This document shows positions 11,989 to 21,152 of a stretch of DNA of 64,000 nucleotides, piece by piece (the first letter of the stretch is position 1; every line of letters starts with the position of its first letter). The notes below the pieces were generated by a model. That model saw only the letters and a list, made by a program, of their open reading frames with translations. It was not told the origin of the DNA and did no database searches. The position numbers and the translations under genes are program-made. The stretch is from Candidatus Krumholzibacteriota bacterium (lineage in GTDB: Bacteria > Krumholzibacteriota > Krumholzibacteriia > JAJRXK01), in the NCBI GenBank assembly GCA_963764625.1, contig CAVXTH010000008.1, forward strand, positions 96,001 through 160,000. Reading direction: 5' to 3'.

Positions 11989-12588
11989 ATGAGGCAGAGC
12001 GACGAACAAATCGTCGATGCCGTATGCGGTGGAGACACCGAGGCCTTTCGCTTTTTGGTGGGGCGTCATCAGGACACCGTCTACGGCATGCTGCTCCGCC
12101 TTGTCAGTGATTCCGAGTGCGCGCGTGATTTAGCCCAGGAGACTTTCGTGCGGGCCTATCGATCACTCGGCGGATTCAGAGGCGATTCGCGTTTCAGCAC
12201 CTGGCTGGTACAGATCGCCATCCACGCGGCACGAGATCACCAACGGAGCAAGGGCCGTTCGAAGGTCATCTCCCTGAGCGAGCTGGAGGAACGGCGCAAT
12301 CCAGAGGCAGCGATCCGAGAGACGAGGAGCGCCTTCGACCCCATGCTACAGCTCGAAGAACGTGAACTCTCTCAACGCCTCCAGGAAGGCCTGAAGCGAC
12401 TGCCCGAGGGATATCGAGAGGTCTTCGTGATGAGGCATATGGAAGAGATGAGTTACGAGGATATTTCCACCCTGACCGGCAACAGCGTGGGCTCGCTCAA
12501 GGTACGTTCCCACCGAGCGCGCAAACTTCTGCGGGAATACCTGCGGGATGACCCCAAACCGGGATCCCGCTCGGTTTCGAGTTCTTGA
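11989..12588 (+). CDS. ECF (sigma-70 family) RNA polymerase sigma factor
   Basis: GGAGG RBS; region 2 (DLAQETFVRAY...FSTWL) and region 4 (LPEGYREVF...SYEDI...GSLKVRSHRAR). Confidence 0.92.
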   Translation: MRQSDEQIVDAVCGGDTEAFRFLVGRHQDTVYGMLLRLVSDSECARDLAQETFVRAYRSLGGFRGDSRFSTWLVQIAIHAARDHQRSKGRSKVISLSELEERRNPEAAIRETRSAFDPMLQLEERELSQRLQEGLKRLPEGYREVFVMRHMEEMSYEDISTLTGNSVGSLKVRSHRARKLLREYLRDDPKPGSRSVSSS

Positions 12589-12609
12589 GCCGAAGTGAAA
12601 AGAGGAGGA

Positions 12610-13359
12610 ATGAGCATGGACACCCTTCTGGCCCGCTACCTCGACGGGGAGCTCGACGATGAAGAGGCCCGCGTCTTTCTTCAACGGCTCGAAACCGATC
12701 CCCATCTCGCGGCGGAGTTGCGCGACTACGAGAGAATTCTCGCCAGCGCCCAACTCTTGCGCGAGGTGAACGCACCTTCCGGTTTCACACAGAGCGTGAT
12801 GGAGCGCGTCGCAGAGGAGGCTCCCCCGCGCCGCAGTGTATCTTTGAGCCCCGGCCGGGCAGCCCGCCCGCGAGCGAAGGGGTGGGCGTGGCGTCCAGCA
12901 TTAGCCATGGCCGCGGTCCTTCTCGTGGCATTCGTCCTGGGCCGCATGACCGTGGGGTCATCGAACTTTGAGATCGACGGCGTAAATTCTCCTCCGCAGC
13001 TCTCTCAGCTCCGGTCCACCCTAAACGTGGGACAACCCCGGACGGAAACGGCGTCGCTCGTCGCCGCGGGGGGCGCTTCGGCTTCGCGCGACTTTCGCAT
13101 CGTGCGCTTGATCTACTCCCCACAACGCGAGGATCTCGAGTCGGTCTCCGTGGCCGGCAGTTTCAACGGCTGGAATGCGCATAGCCTTCCCCTGAAGAAG
13201 ACCGGCGGGGTATGGACGACGACGCTGGTGCTTCCTCCGGGAGCCTACGAATACATGTTCATCGAGAATGGAAATCACTGGGTTACCGATCCGCTGGCTC
13301 CTTACACCCGGGATGACGGTTTCGGAAATCGCAATGCCGTGCTCGAGCTGGGAGCCTGA
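12610..13359 (+). CDS. Membrane-anchored anti-sigma factor with C-terminal CBM48/AMPK-type glycogen-binding domain
   Basis: ASD-like YLDGEL...E N-terminus, one TM helix, C-terminal VSVAGSFNGW...GVW...LPPGAYEYMFIENGNHWVTDP...DDGFGNRNAVL. Confidence 0.82.
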   Translation: MSMDTLLARYLDGELDDEEARVFLQRLETDPHLAAELRDYERILASAQLLREVNAPSGFTQSVMERVAEEAPPRRSVSLSPGRAARPRAKGWAWRPALAMAAVLLVAFVLGRMTVGSSNFEIDGVNSPPQLSQLRSTLNVGQPRTETASLVAAGGASASRDFRIVRLIYSPQREDLESVSVAGSFNGWNAHSLPLKKTGGVWTTTLVLPPGAYEYMFIENGNHWVTDPLAPYTRDDGFGNRNAVLELGA

Positions 13360-13402
13360 GCCGTTGCGATCAGCAAGAACTCAATTCTGGGGGAGCGAAG
13401 AC

Positions 13403-14734
13403 GTGAAGGGAAGTTTGTTCCGGTTGTCTTGGAATCCGAATTCTGGGGCGCGGCATCGTGGAGCCGGCTCCCGCGCGGCCAGGGCGGGCTCGTTTCTCGC
13501 CGCGTGCGTGCTCCTTTTCGGTGCCGCGCCCACTATGGCGCAGAGTCCCTGGATCCTCTCTCCATCCCTTTCGATCTCGGGAGGGCACGAGAGCAATCTC
13601 CTGCTCGACCCGGCGGGAGCGGCCGTGGTGGTTCCCGGCGGGTCCTTTCTCGAGTTCTCCCCCGGCTTCGAACTTGCGCGCCGGTTATCGCAGAAACTCG
13701 AGCTACGGGTGGGCACGCGGATTTCGGCCGAGCGCTTTTTCAACGACGAAGATCGCACCCTCTACGGCCACGTGGCCTGGGGAGATCTTTTCGTCTCGCT
13801 GTCCACGCGTACCCGCATGCGGTTCTCCCTCTCGGGCGATTACTTCAACGACACGCAGCAGAGCGCGCTGCGGCGTTGGGGGGGCGGGGGAGAGCTCGGC
13901 ATCGACTATCGGACCCGGCGCTTTCGGCTGGAGGGGTTCGTGGGAGGGCGAGGTGTCTCGTATCCACGCGCGGACGCTCTCAACGAAGCCGGTCAGCTCA
14001 CGAGCTACCGCGAGGACCGCTGGAACCTGGGAGCGGCCGCTTCGATCGCCCCCAGCGCTCGTCTTCTCCTACGCGCCTCACTGGTGGCACGTCGTACGGA
14101 TTCCGTGGATCCTCAATACGACGGGGGCGCGCTCCTCAGCGATCTCGCCCTGCGCTTCACCCCACAGCACCGTGTCTTTCTCGATCTCCACTATGGGCGC
14201 CAGAGCCGGGACTTTGATCACCGCCTCCCCTCTTTCGACAGTGATCTCTATACACAGTGGGGAGTGGGGATGAGCTTCGAACTGAATCCGGGCGCCTCGC
14301 TGCGCCTACGCTGGTCGCAAGGCACCTACTCCGACCCGGAAGGGAACGAGCAAGATACCGACCGCCTCGAGCTCTCGTTGAGACTGGGGCCTTCGATCTT
14401 CGGAGCTCGTCTGCGTCCCGCGCTTCCTATGGCTTTGGACTTCAGTGCTGGAGACTCTCCGGGGCCGAAGCAGGGGGCCGAGGGAACCGTATTCCGTCTT
14501 CACGCCCCGGCCGCGGCGACCGTTGAGCTGATGGGTGATTTCAATGGATGGCAACGCGGCCGGGCGACGCTTGAGCCGCAGGACAACGGCTGGTGGCAAG
14601 TGACCCTGAGGATTCCACCGGGGCGCTATCAATATCTCTACATGGTCGACGGCAAAGCCCTGACCCCGCCCGAATCCCTGATTACGGTAGAAGATGGTTT
14701 TGGGGGTCGGAACGGGCTTTTGGAGGTCCGCTAG
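13403..14734 (+). CDS. Probable outer-membrane beta-barrel protein with C-terminal CBM48-type domain
   Basis: Signal peptide, amphipathic beta-strand pattern, C-terminal VELMGDFNGW...GWW...PPGRYQYLYMVDG...EDGFGGRNGLL. Start (GTG 13403) is uncertain. Confidence 0.75.
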   Translation: MKGSLFRLSWNPNSGARHRGAGSRAARAGSFLAACVLLFGAAPTMAQSPWILSPSLSISGGHESNLLLDPAGAAVVVPGGSFLEFSPGFELARRLSQKLELRVGTRISAERFFNDEDRTLYGHVAWGDLFVSLSTRTRMRFSLSGDYFNDTQQSALRRWGGGGELGIDYRTRRFRLEGFVGGRGVSYPRADALNEAGQLTSYREDRWNLGAAASIAPSARLLLRASLVARRTDSVDPQYDGGALLSDLALRFTPQHRVFLDLHYGRQSRDFDHRLPSFDSDLYTQWGVGMSFELNPGASLRLRWSQGTYSDPEGNEQDTDRLELSLRLGPSIFGARLRPALPMALDFSAGDSPGPKQGAEGTVFRLHAPAAATVELMGDFNGWQRGRATLEPQDNGWWQVTLRIPPGRYQYLYMVDGKALTPPESLITVEDGFGGRNGLLEVR

Positions 14735-14753
14735 GAACTCGTCCATTTTTCTC

Positions 14754-14782
14754 GTAACCTGCGCGGCCCACTCTCGTCTCAT
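14754..14782 (+). promoter_or_regulatory. Second putative ECF promoter
   Basis: GTAAC-N19-CTCAT with CGTC in the -10 region, ~60 bp before ATG 14844. Confidence 0.6.
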
Positions 14783-14843
14783 GGTCTGAACGCGGCGAAC
14801 CGGGAGCCCACGGATTCGCCTGTACCAGGAAAGGAACTCCGTC

Positions 14844-15941
14844 ATGAGAATCCGACTTCAGGCAACACTGAGTCTGGCGCTCTTCACTCTGCTGGTGCTC
14901 GCGAGCAGCCCAGCCTGGGCGCAGTCGCCCGGCGATCAACTTCAGACCCGCGACAAGATCCAGGACAAGATCCAGGATCCGCTGCAGACCCGCGATCAGC
15001 TCTACTCCCACTATATGGATCGGGTAAACGAGTATGATTCCACCAGCGATCAACAGCGCGATCGCCTGCGCCAGAACCTGAAGGACTGCCTGGTCCTCGA
15101 TCTTCCGCAGGATCAGCTCGACACTCTCTTTCCCGTACAGCGGGCCCGCTATTCGACGCAGGCTCAGTTGAAGATGCAGAACGCGGTGCTGGCACTTGCA
15201 CGCGAGGGAATGCCGACCGATCTGCTCTGCGGAAAAATCGCCGAGGGCACCATGAAGAATGCCCCCGAGTCCGCGCTCGAAGGCGCAGTTGCCCGCATGG
15301 AGGGCTTCACCAAGCACGCTCATCAGTATTTGAACCAAGCGCGTCAGGAGGGCTTCGAGGGGGCGGGTGATTTTCAGATCCAGCGCCAATTGGAGCGTGG
15401 AGTCGCGCTGAACATGTGGCGTGGTCTGCAAGAGGGTGAGCTGGACCAACTGCGGGACCGGGCCAAAGATCGTCTGCGTGACGGCTCTTGCAGTCTCGTC
15501 GACCTGGCGGCTGCCAGTGAAACCGCTACCGAACTCAAGGAACTGGGTGTGTCCTCTGATCGCGCCCTGGGTCTCTGTGGCGACGCGCTGCAACAAGGCT
15601 ACCGCGGTCAGGAAATGCGGCAGATCGGCCACATGTTCATGGCGGCCCATATGAACGGCGAGAACGACGAACAGCTGTGTGATGCGCTGCAGATGCGTAT
15701 CCGCCAACGCGAGCAGTTAGGCCAGATGATGGAGTACATGCAGGGCCAGGGCTGGATGGGTCCCGAGCAGATGGGACACGACTACGGCGGCGGCAGCCCG
15801 GTAGATGAAGTGATGGGCGGTGGACACCACGGAGACGGCATGAACGGCGATGGTTCCGGTGGCGGTATGGGAGGCGACGGCTCTGGTGGTGGTAGCGGCG
15901 GTGGAATGGGCGGCGGTGGAATGGGCGGCAGCGGCGGCTGA
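14844..15941 (+). CDS. Secreted alpha-helical Q/R/D-rich hypothetical protein with Gly/Met/His tail
   Basis: AGGA RBS, signal peptide ending AWA, 12-bp tandem repeat (DKIQDKIQD), RDRLRDGSC motif, Gly-rich C-terminus. Confidence 0.8.
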   Translation: MRIRLQATLSLALFTLLVLASSPAWAQSPGDQLQTRDKIQDKIQDPLQTRDQLYSHYMDRVNEYDSTSDQQRDRLRQNLKDCLVLDLPQDQLDTLFPVQRARYSTQAQLKMQNAVLALAREGMPTDLLCGKIAEGTMKNAPESALEGAVARMEGFTKHAHQYLNQARQEGFEGAGDFQIQRQLERGVALNMWRGLQEGELDQLRDRAKDRLRDGSCSLVDLAAASETATELKELGVSSDRALGLCGDALQQGYRGQEMRQIGHMFMAAHMNGENDEQLCDALQMRIRQREQLGQMMEYMQGQGWMGPEQMGHDYGGGSPVDEVMGGGHHGDGMNGDGSGGGMGGDGSGGGSGGGMGGGGMGGSGG

Positions 15942-15970
15942 GCCCGGGCTTTCCCTTGCGAATGCATGAA

Positions 15971-15993
15971 GCCGGCCCCATAGCGGGGCCGGC
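15971..15993. terminator. Hairpin between convergent genes
   Basis: GCCGGCCCC-ATAGC-GGGGCCGGC, a perfect 9-bp stem. Confidence 0.65.
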
Positions 15994-16067
15994 CTTCTCA
16001 TTGTTGGGAGCCCTCCACCGGCTGCGTCAGCGGCAGAACATCTCTCGGCCGTGGCGCGGAAGGCTCA

Positions 16068-16694
16068 CTACATCGAGCCTTTGTCTTTCGATCCCAGCAC
16101 ACACACCTGCTTGCCGCAACTCAGCATCTTGGTTCCCAAATACGGGTTCTTCGTATCGCCCTTCTTCTGAATCCAATCCGCTTTTGCCATCGGACAGTTC
16201 ATGACGACCCAGGTGGGGGCCGTGGGGGAATTCTCATAATTCATCTGAGCCAAGGGAACGAACTCTGCGCTCAGACCATTGAAGGCGCTTCTGGCCTGCT
16301 TGAGATCGAGATCCTTGGAACTCAGGGTCTCCAACGCTTTCCGCATCATCATGCTCGCGCTTTCCTTGGCCGTCTTGCCCTCGGCCTCGTGGTGTGCATC
16401 CATCATCTTGCCATGGGCCTCTTCCGCGCCTTCGTGACCCATCATCTTCCCCTGCATGGATTTCATACTTCCGTCATCCATCATCTTCATCATGTCGGCA
16501 TGCTGATCCATGAATTCGAGCATCTCCGTCGCATGCTCTTGGATGCCTTCGGTGGAATCCTCCGACAGTGTTTTTGCCATGGCCGCATAGTGAGCCACTG
16601 CCGCCGATGTCGAGACGCCTCCTTCATGAGCCAGTGCGAACACCGGCAAGAGAATGATCATGATCGCCAGAAGTGCGATTCTTTTGATACTCAT
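16068..16694 (-). CDS. DUF3347-like secreted metal-associated protein with Met/His-rich insert
   Basis: Signal peptide; CPMAKADWIQ...KNPYLGTKMLSCG signature; HADMMKMM...GKMMDAHH insert. Confidence 0.8.
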   Translation of the reverse strand: MSIKRIALLAIMIILLPVFALAHEGGVSTSAAVAHYAAMAKTLSEDSTEGIQEHATEMLEFMDQHADMMKMMDDGSMKSMQGKMMGHEGAEEAHGKMMDAHHEAEGKTAKESASMMMRKALETLSSKDLDLKQARSAFNGLSAEFVPLAQMNYENSPTAPTWVVMNCPMAKADWIQKKGDTKNPYLGTKMLSCGKQVCVLGSKDKGSM

Positions 16695-16776
16695 GGTAAA
16701 TGCTCCTTCCAATCGTTCCTGCGGCTTCGTAGCCGTCTCTGGGGAATCTTCTCGAACGGGGCGCTGCCCCCGAAAA

Positions 16777-17907
16777 CTAGTCGTCCGCTTCGCCTGAAGC
16801 GGGAGTCGCGCGCAACTCGAAGAGCTCGAGGATGCCTTTTCCCTCGCAAACGAGTCCGGTCTTGCCTACGACATTCGTGGCCGACCTGTGACCGTGGAGG
16901 ATGGTCAAGCCGTCCACGTATCCCATCAGGTGCTTGCCGGCGGCGGATGCGGCGATCTCGCTTCGATCCTGAGGCCAGCTCACCTGCTTGCGATCCAGGA
17001 CTTTGGCCTCACCGTCCGCGACGGACTCCAGGACGGCGCTTCCCCTCTCCGCCAGAGTCACGGACTCATAGGAAGTCGGCGCGCGATAGTGATGAACGAG
17101 TCCCAGCGTTCCTTCGAACCCCGAAGGGTCGACGTCGAGACTCACCACCACGTCTCCCATCTCCTCGGGAAACAGGAGATAGACGCGGCCTGAGATGGTC
17201 AGCTGCAGTCCCTCGGTTTGGCCGGCGATCCTCTCCGCGTGGATCGAAGCATCGGGAGAGGCCTTCACGATTTGAAGCGCTTCTGGTAGCAAGCTCGGGT
17301 CGCTTTCCGTCGGCTTCCACACCACCACGCCTTCCGCATTGGGCTGGAGGGAGGGCTCGGCTGTCGCCGCTTCCGGTGCACTCGGAGTCTGACCTTTCTC
17401 CGACACGCCCTGGTTCGCGGGCGCGGCGACCGCCTTCACCGCCACACCGTAGGTGTAGACCAGACCTCCTCCGCGATCCGCCGTCGCCAGCAGGAGCCAA
17501 AATCCGAAGAGGGCCATCACGAGCAGAAATCCGCGCAGGACACGTCTGCTGACGGGGCTGATTTTCCCGCGGAGCGGCTCGAAGAACCCACGTAGCACGG
17601 CAAGCACCGCGAAGGCCCAGACGGTGCGGAGCGCCATGTCGCTGTGCGCCGCGATCGCCTCCTGGATTTTCGGCGACATCACACCCAGCGAGTTCGCCGC
17701 GCTCCTGCCGCTGAACCAGGTGACCACGGCCGCGGCCGCTGCGAAGAAGTAGAGGGTGACAGCGGCGGTATCGAGCCAGCTGCGGCGCCGCCAGGCAACC
17801 GCCAGCACTTCGGCCGCGAGGGCCAGACAGAAGAGAACGATGGGAAAGTGCAGGACTGCGGGGTGGAGGTTGGGCAAGTTGGAAGCGCCGAGTACTCTCT
17901 GCAGCAT
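16777..17907 (-). CDS. DUF2231-type membrane domain fused to a C-terminal beta-sandwich domain
   Basis: LHPAVLHFPI, AH and GGGLVYTYGV motifs, four TM helices, then a soluble beta-rich domain. Confidence 0.75.
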   Translation of the reverse strand: MLQRVLGASNLPNLHPAVLHFPIVLFCLALAAEVLAVAWRRRSWLDTAAVTLYFFAAAAAVVTWFSGRSAANSLGVMSPKIQEAIAAHSDMALRTVWAFAVLAVLRGFFEPLRGKISPVSRRVLRGFLLVMALFGFWLLLATADRGGGLVYTYGVAVKAVAAPANQGVSEKGQTPSAPEAATAEPSLQPNAEGVVVWKPTESDPSLLPEALQIVKASPDASIHAERIAGQTEGLQLTISGRVYLLFPEEMGDVVVSLDVDPSGFEGTLGLVHHYRAPTSYESVTLAERGSAVLESVADGEAKVLDRKQVSWPQDRSEIAASAAGKHLMGYVDGLTILHGHRSATNVVGKTGLVCEGKGILELFELRATPASGEADD

Positions 17908-18094
17908 GGCTCTTTCTCCCCGGGCAACGGCGTCGAGCGGTGCACGAAGAGCGGAGCATGGAAGGACCATGCCCCGTTCGCTCTGCGATCCGCCCTCGAA
18001 GACGGTCTCGACGGAAAACGTTGCCACTGCGCCAGTTCCGCACCGCGAACAAGTGTTGAACCCCTGCGGCTCCAAGGAGTTCCAGGAGGGAGAC

Positions 18095-18161
18095 GTGTTG
18101 CAAATCCAGCACCGCCAGTTCGTAACTGGTTGATATCACGCAAACCTGGCGACTACGTAGC
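18095..18161 (+). promoter_or_regulatory. Enhancer palindrome, IHF site and weak -24/-12 element upstream of the DUF302 gene
   Basis: GTGTTG-CAAATC-CAGCAC at 18095-18112. On the minus strand 18123-18135 reads TATCAACCAGTTA, a perfect WATCAANNNNTTR. TGGCGACTACGTAGC (GG-N10-GC) at 18147-18161. Confidence 0.55.
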
Positions 18162-18231
18162 CGGCTTGCCGCGCCATGGCGCCGCCTTAGATTGAGCGGC
18201 AGCGCACCTTCCCTCAGCAGGAGACCCTATC

Positions 18232-18627
18232 GTGAACCCTTCCTATGGCATCACCCGTGAGCTTCCCGACACCGACTTCGCACAGGCAGTGGAGAGAGTC
18301 ACCGCCGCCCTCAAGAAGGAGGGCTTCGGCGTGCTCACCGAGATCGACGTGCAGGCCACCCTCAAGAAGAAGCTCGACGTGGACTTCCCACAGTACCTCA
18401 TCCTCGGCGCCTGCAACCCTCCCTTCGCCCACCAGGCCCTGCTGGCAGAGCCGGGAATCGGCTTGCTCTTGCCCTGCAACGTGATCGTGGCCGCGCGCGC
18501 GGAGGGGGGCACCACGGTCTCCGCCATCGATCCCGTCATGGCCTTCAAGATCGTGAACCGGGAGGGCATGGAGGAGCTGGCGGGGCAGGTGCGTACGAGC
18601 CTTCAGGCGGTCATCGACAGCTTGTAG
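18232..18627 (+). CDS. DUF302 domain protein
   Basis: GFGVLTEIDV...YLILGACNP...GLLLPCNV signature; GGAG RBS. Confidence 0.9.
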   Translation: MNPSYGITRELPDTDFAQAVERVTAALKKEGFGVLTEIDVQATLKKKLDVDFPQYLILGACNPPFAHQALLAEPGIGLLLPCNVIVAARAEGGTTVSAIDPVMAFKIVNREGMEELAGQVRTSLQAVIDSL

Positions 18628-18702
18628 CGGCAAATTGAGGGAAGATCCGGTAGGATCGTACTTGGTAATTTACCGATTAGTAGATTTGTATCTATATATA
18701 AT

Positions 18703-20097
18703 TCAATAAGTTAGTCCTTGATGCTCGTGTTTTTCCAGGCGGTAGTTGAGGGTATTGCGGGTGATCCCCAAATAGCGCGCGGTCGCGCTGCGGTTTCCCT
18801 GGCACTTCTTGAGCGCGCGTTGGATGAGTTCCTTTTCCACCGCGGTGAGATCGAGTCCGCCTTCGGGGAGCGAGAGGCCGAACGCGTGGAGGGCTCTCCA
18901 GTGCGAATACCGGCAGGGAAGATCTTCGGGTCCGAGCGGACCCTCGGGGTGCAGCGCCAGCGCCCTCTCCATCACGTTCTCGAGCTCGCGGACGTTCCCT
19001 GGCCAGTCGTGGGCTTGCAGGAGTCGCTCCGCCTCGGAGCTGACCGAAGGGGTGGGCTGGTCGTTCGCGGCGGCGATCCGCGCCGCGAAGTGACGCGCCA
19101 GGGGCAGGATGTCGTCGCGGCGCGCGCGCAGGGGAGGCAGGGTCAAGGTGACCACCGCGAGCCGGTAATACAGGTCCTCGCGGAAACTGCCGTCGGCTAC
19201 CATCGCCTCGAGATCGCGATGCGTGGCCGCGATCACCCGCACATCCACTTTCACCGGCGCGTCCGCTCCCAGCGGATCGACTTCCCGCTCCTGCAACGCC
19301 CGCAGCAATTTCACCTGAACTTCGGGCCGCAATTCACCGATCTCGTCCAGAAAGAGGGTGCCGCCTCCGGCCAACTCGAACTTGCCCTTGCGATCGCGCT
19401 CCGCCCCGGTGAATGCGCCCTTGCGATACCCAAAGAGCTCGCTGTCGATGAGCGTTTCGGGCAGAGAGCCGGCGCCCACCGCCACGAAGGGACCCTCCCG
19501 ACGCTCGCTGGCGTGGTGGATGGCCCGCGCCAATACTTCCTTGCCCGTGCCGCTCTCGCCCAACAGCAGGAGCGTGGTGGTGCGCGGAGCCACCTGTGCC
19601 GCCTGACGCAGGACCTCGTCCATGGCCTGGCTGGAAGCCACCATGTTCTCCAGGCGCAGGCGATCGCCCGCGAGCTCGCGCAGGCGCCGGTTCTCCTTTA
19701 GCAATTCGCTCAGGCGCAGCGACTTGTCCACCGAGAGTCGCAGCGTTTCGTGCTCGAAGGGCTTCAGGAGATAGTCGTGGGCACCGGCGCGCATGGCCGC
19801 GACGGCGTCCTCCACGCTGCCGTGCGCGGTGATCACGATCACTCCCAGCTGCGGCCAACGCTCCTTGAGACGCCGCAAGAGGCTGAGGCCATCCATGCCC
19901 GGCATGCGCACGTCCGTGATGAGAACTTGCGGGAAAGAAGAGGAAGGGAGTCCACGCTCCGCCGCCTCCAGGGCCCGAAAGGCTTCCTCGGCCGAAGCAA
20001 GAGGGGTCACCGAGAACCCTGCCTGGCCGAGGTGATACGAACTCACCCGACGCAGACTCTCGTCGTCGTCGACCAGGAATATGCGGGCGGTAGACAT
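18703..20097 (-). CDS. Sigma54-dependent response regulator (NtrC/ZraR type: REC-AAA+-HTH)
   Basis: LVDDD and [10 protein letters not shown] receiver, [28 protein letters not shown], Fis-type HTH. Confidence 0.93.
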   Translation of the reverse strand: MSTARIFLVDDDESLRRVSSYHLGQAGFSVTPLASAEEAFRALEAAERGLPSSSFPQVLITDVRMPGMDGLSLLRRLKERWPQLGVIVITAHGSVEDAVAAMRAGAHDYLLKPFEHETLRLSVDKSLRLSELLKENRRLRELAGDRLRLENMVASSQAMDEVLRQAAQVAPRTTTLLLLGESGTGKEVLARAIHHASERREGPFVAVGAGSLPETLIDSELFGYRKGAFTGAERDRKGKFELAGGGTLFLDEIGELRPEVQVKLLRALQEREVDPLGADAPVKVDVRVIAATHRDLEAMVADGSFREDLYYRLAVVTLTLPPLRARRDDILPLARHFAARIAAANDQPTPSVSSEAERLLQAHDWPGNVRELENVMERALALHPEGPLGPEDLPCRYSHWRALHAFGLSLPEGGLDLTAVEKELIQRALKKCQGNRSATARYLGITRNTLNYRLEKHEHQGLTY

Positions 20098-20252
20098 GAC
20101 CGGGGTAGAATCCTCCGCCCAGCGGAGATGGTCAAGTCCCCCAACCCAAAGTCCCCGCGGTTCCCTCACGGTGCCGGTCCATGGGAATGGGAGTAATTTG
20201 TAAGCATGTGGATTCAGCCCAGACGCCGCGAAGAACCCGGAGCGGAGAGACC

Positions 20253-21152
20253 ATGAACGACAAGAACGCAAGAGGTGGTTGCTGTGGGGGAGCGTCCCCC
20301 GATGCGGCCCGCCCGTCGAATTACCTGCCCGAAACCGAAGTCGAGATCCGCGCCCAGGTGAGCGAAGCCTATGCCCGTGCCGTCGAACTCTCACGCCAGG
20401 GAGGCGGCAGCTGTTGTGGCAACGCCGCTCCCTTGGGCGTGGCCTCCCAGACCGCGGGCTACACCCCCGACGAAATGACCGAGTTTCAGAGCGCGTCCCA
20501 ATCCTCTTTCGGCTGCGGCAATCCCCTCGCGTTCGCCGCACTGAAAGAAGGTCAGACCGTGGTCGACCTGGGAAGCGGCGCCGGCTTCGATCTCCTCATC
20601 GCCAGCAAGAAAGTGGGCGAGAAGGGACACGTGATCGGGGTGGACATGACCGACGCCATGCTCGAAGTCGCGCGCGAGAACCTTCTCCGGGCCAAGGCGA
20701 ACAACGTCGAGCTGCGGAAGGGTACGATCGAGGAACTCCCGCTGGACGACGCTTCGGTGGACTGGGTCATTTCCAACTGCGTGATCAATCTCTCGCCCGA
20801 GAAGAACAAGGTCTTTCGCGAAATCGCCCGCGTGCTTCGCCCTGGTGGACGCTTCTCGGTGAGTGACATCGTAGCGGAAAATCTTCCCGCCGATTTGCTG
20901 GCACAGGCCGCGGCCTACTCCGCCTGTATCGGCGGAGCGATCTCCGAAACCGAATACCTCGCTGGTCTTGAAGCGGCCGGACTTCGAGACCTGACCGTGA
21001 GCGAGCGAAACGTCTACGACGAAGCGCAGCTGCGCGGCATGGTCGGCAATGACCTGGAGGCGCTCGGAGTTCCCCGCGAGCTGCTGGACTCTCAGCTGAA
21101 GCACGCGGCGGGCAAAGTGTGGAGCGCGAAGATCAGCGGCCGTAAACCCTGA
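20253..21152 (+). CDS. arsM: Arsenite S-adenosylmethionine methyltransferase
   Basis: Conserved Cys motifs SFGCGNP, SNCVINL, SACIGGA; DLGSGAG SAM site; N-terminal CC pairs. Confidence 0.85.
   Translation: MNDKNARGGCCGGASPDAARPSNYLPETEVEIRAQVSEAYARAVELSRQGGGSCCGNAAPLGVASQTAGYTPDEMTEFQSASQSSFGCGNPLAFAALKEGQTVVDLGSGAGFDLLIASKKVGEKGHVIGVDMTDAMLEVARENLLRAKANNVELRKGTIEELPLDDASVDWVISNCVINLSPEKNKVFREIARVLRPGGRFSVSDIVAENLPADLLAQAAAYSACIGGAISETEYLAGLEAAGLRDLTVSERNVYDEAQLRGMVGNDLEALGVPRELLDSQLKHAAGKVWSAKISGRKP

Noticed and set aside
11989-12588. CorE-type copper-activated ECF sigma
   Set aside because: No C-terminal Cys-rich domain or CxC motif, and a conventional anti-sigma follows.
15841-15941. GGC-rich repeat as CRISPR or VNTR
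   Set aside because: It is a low-complexity Gly-coding tail without repeat-spacer structure.
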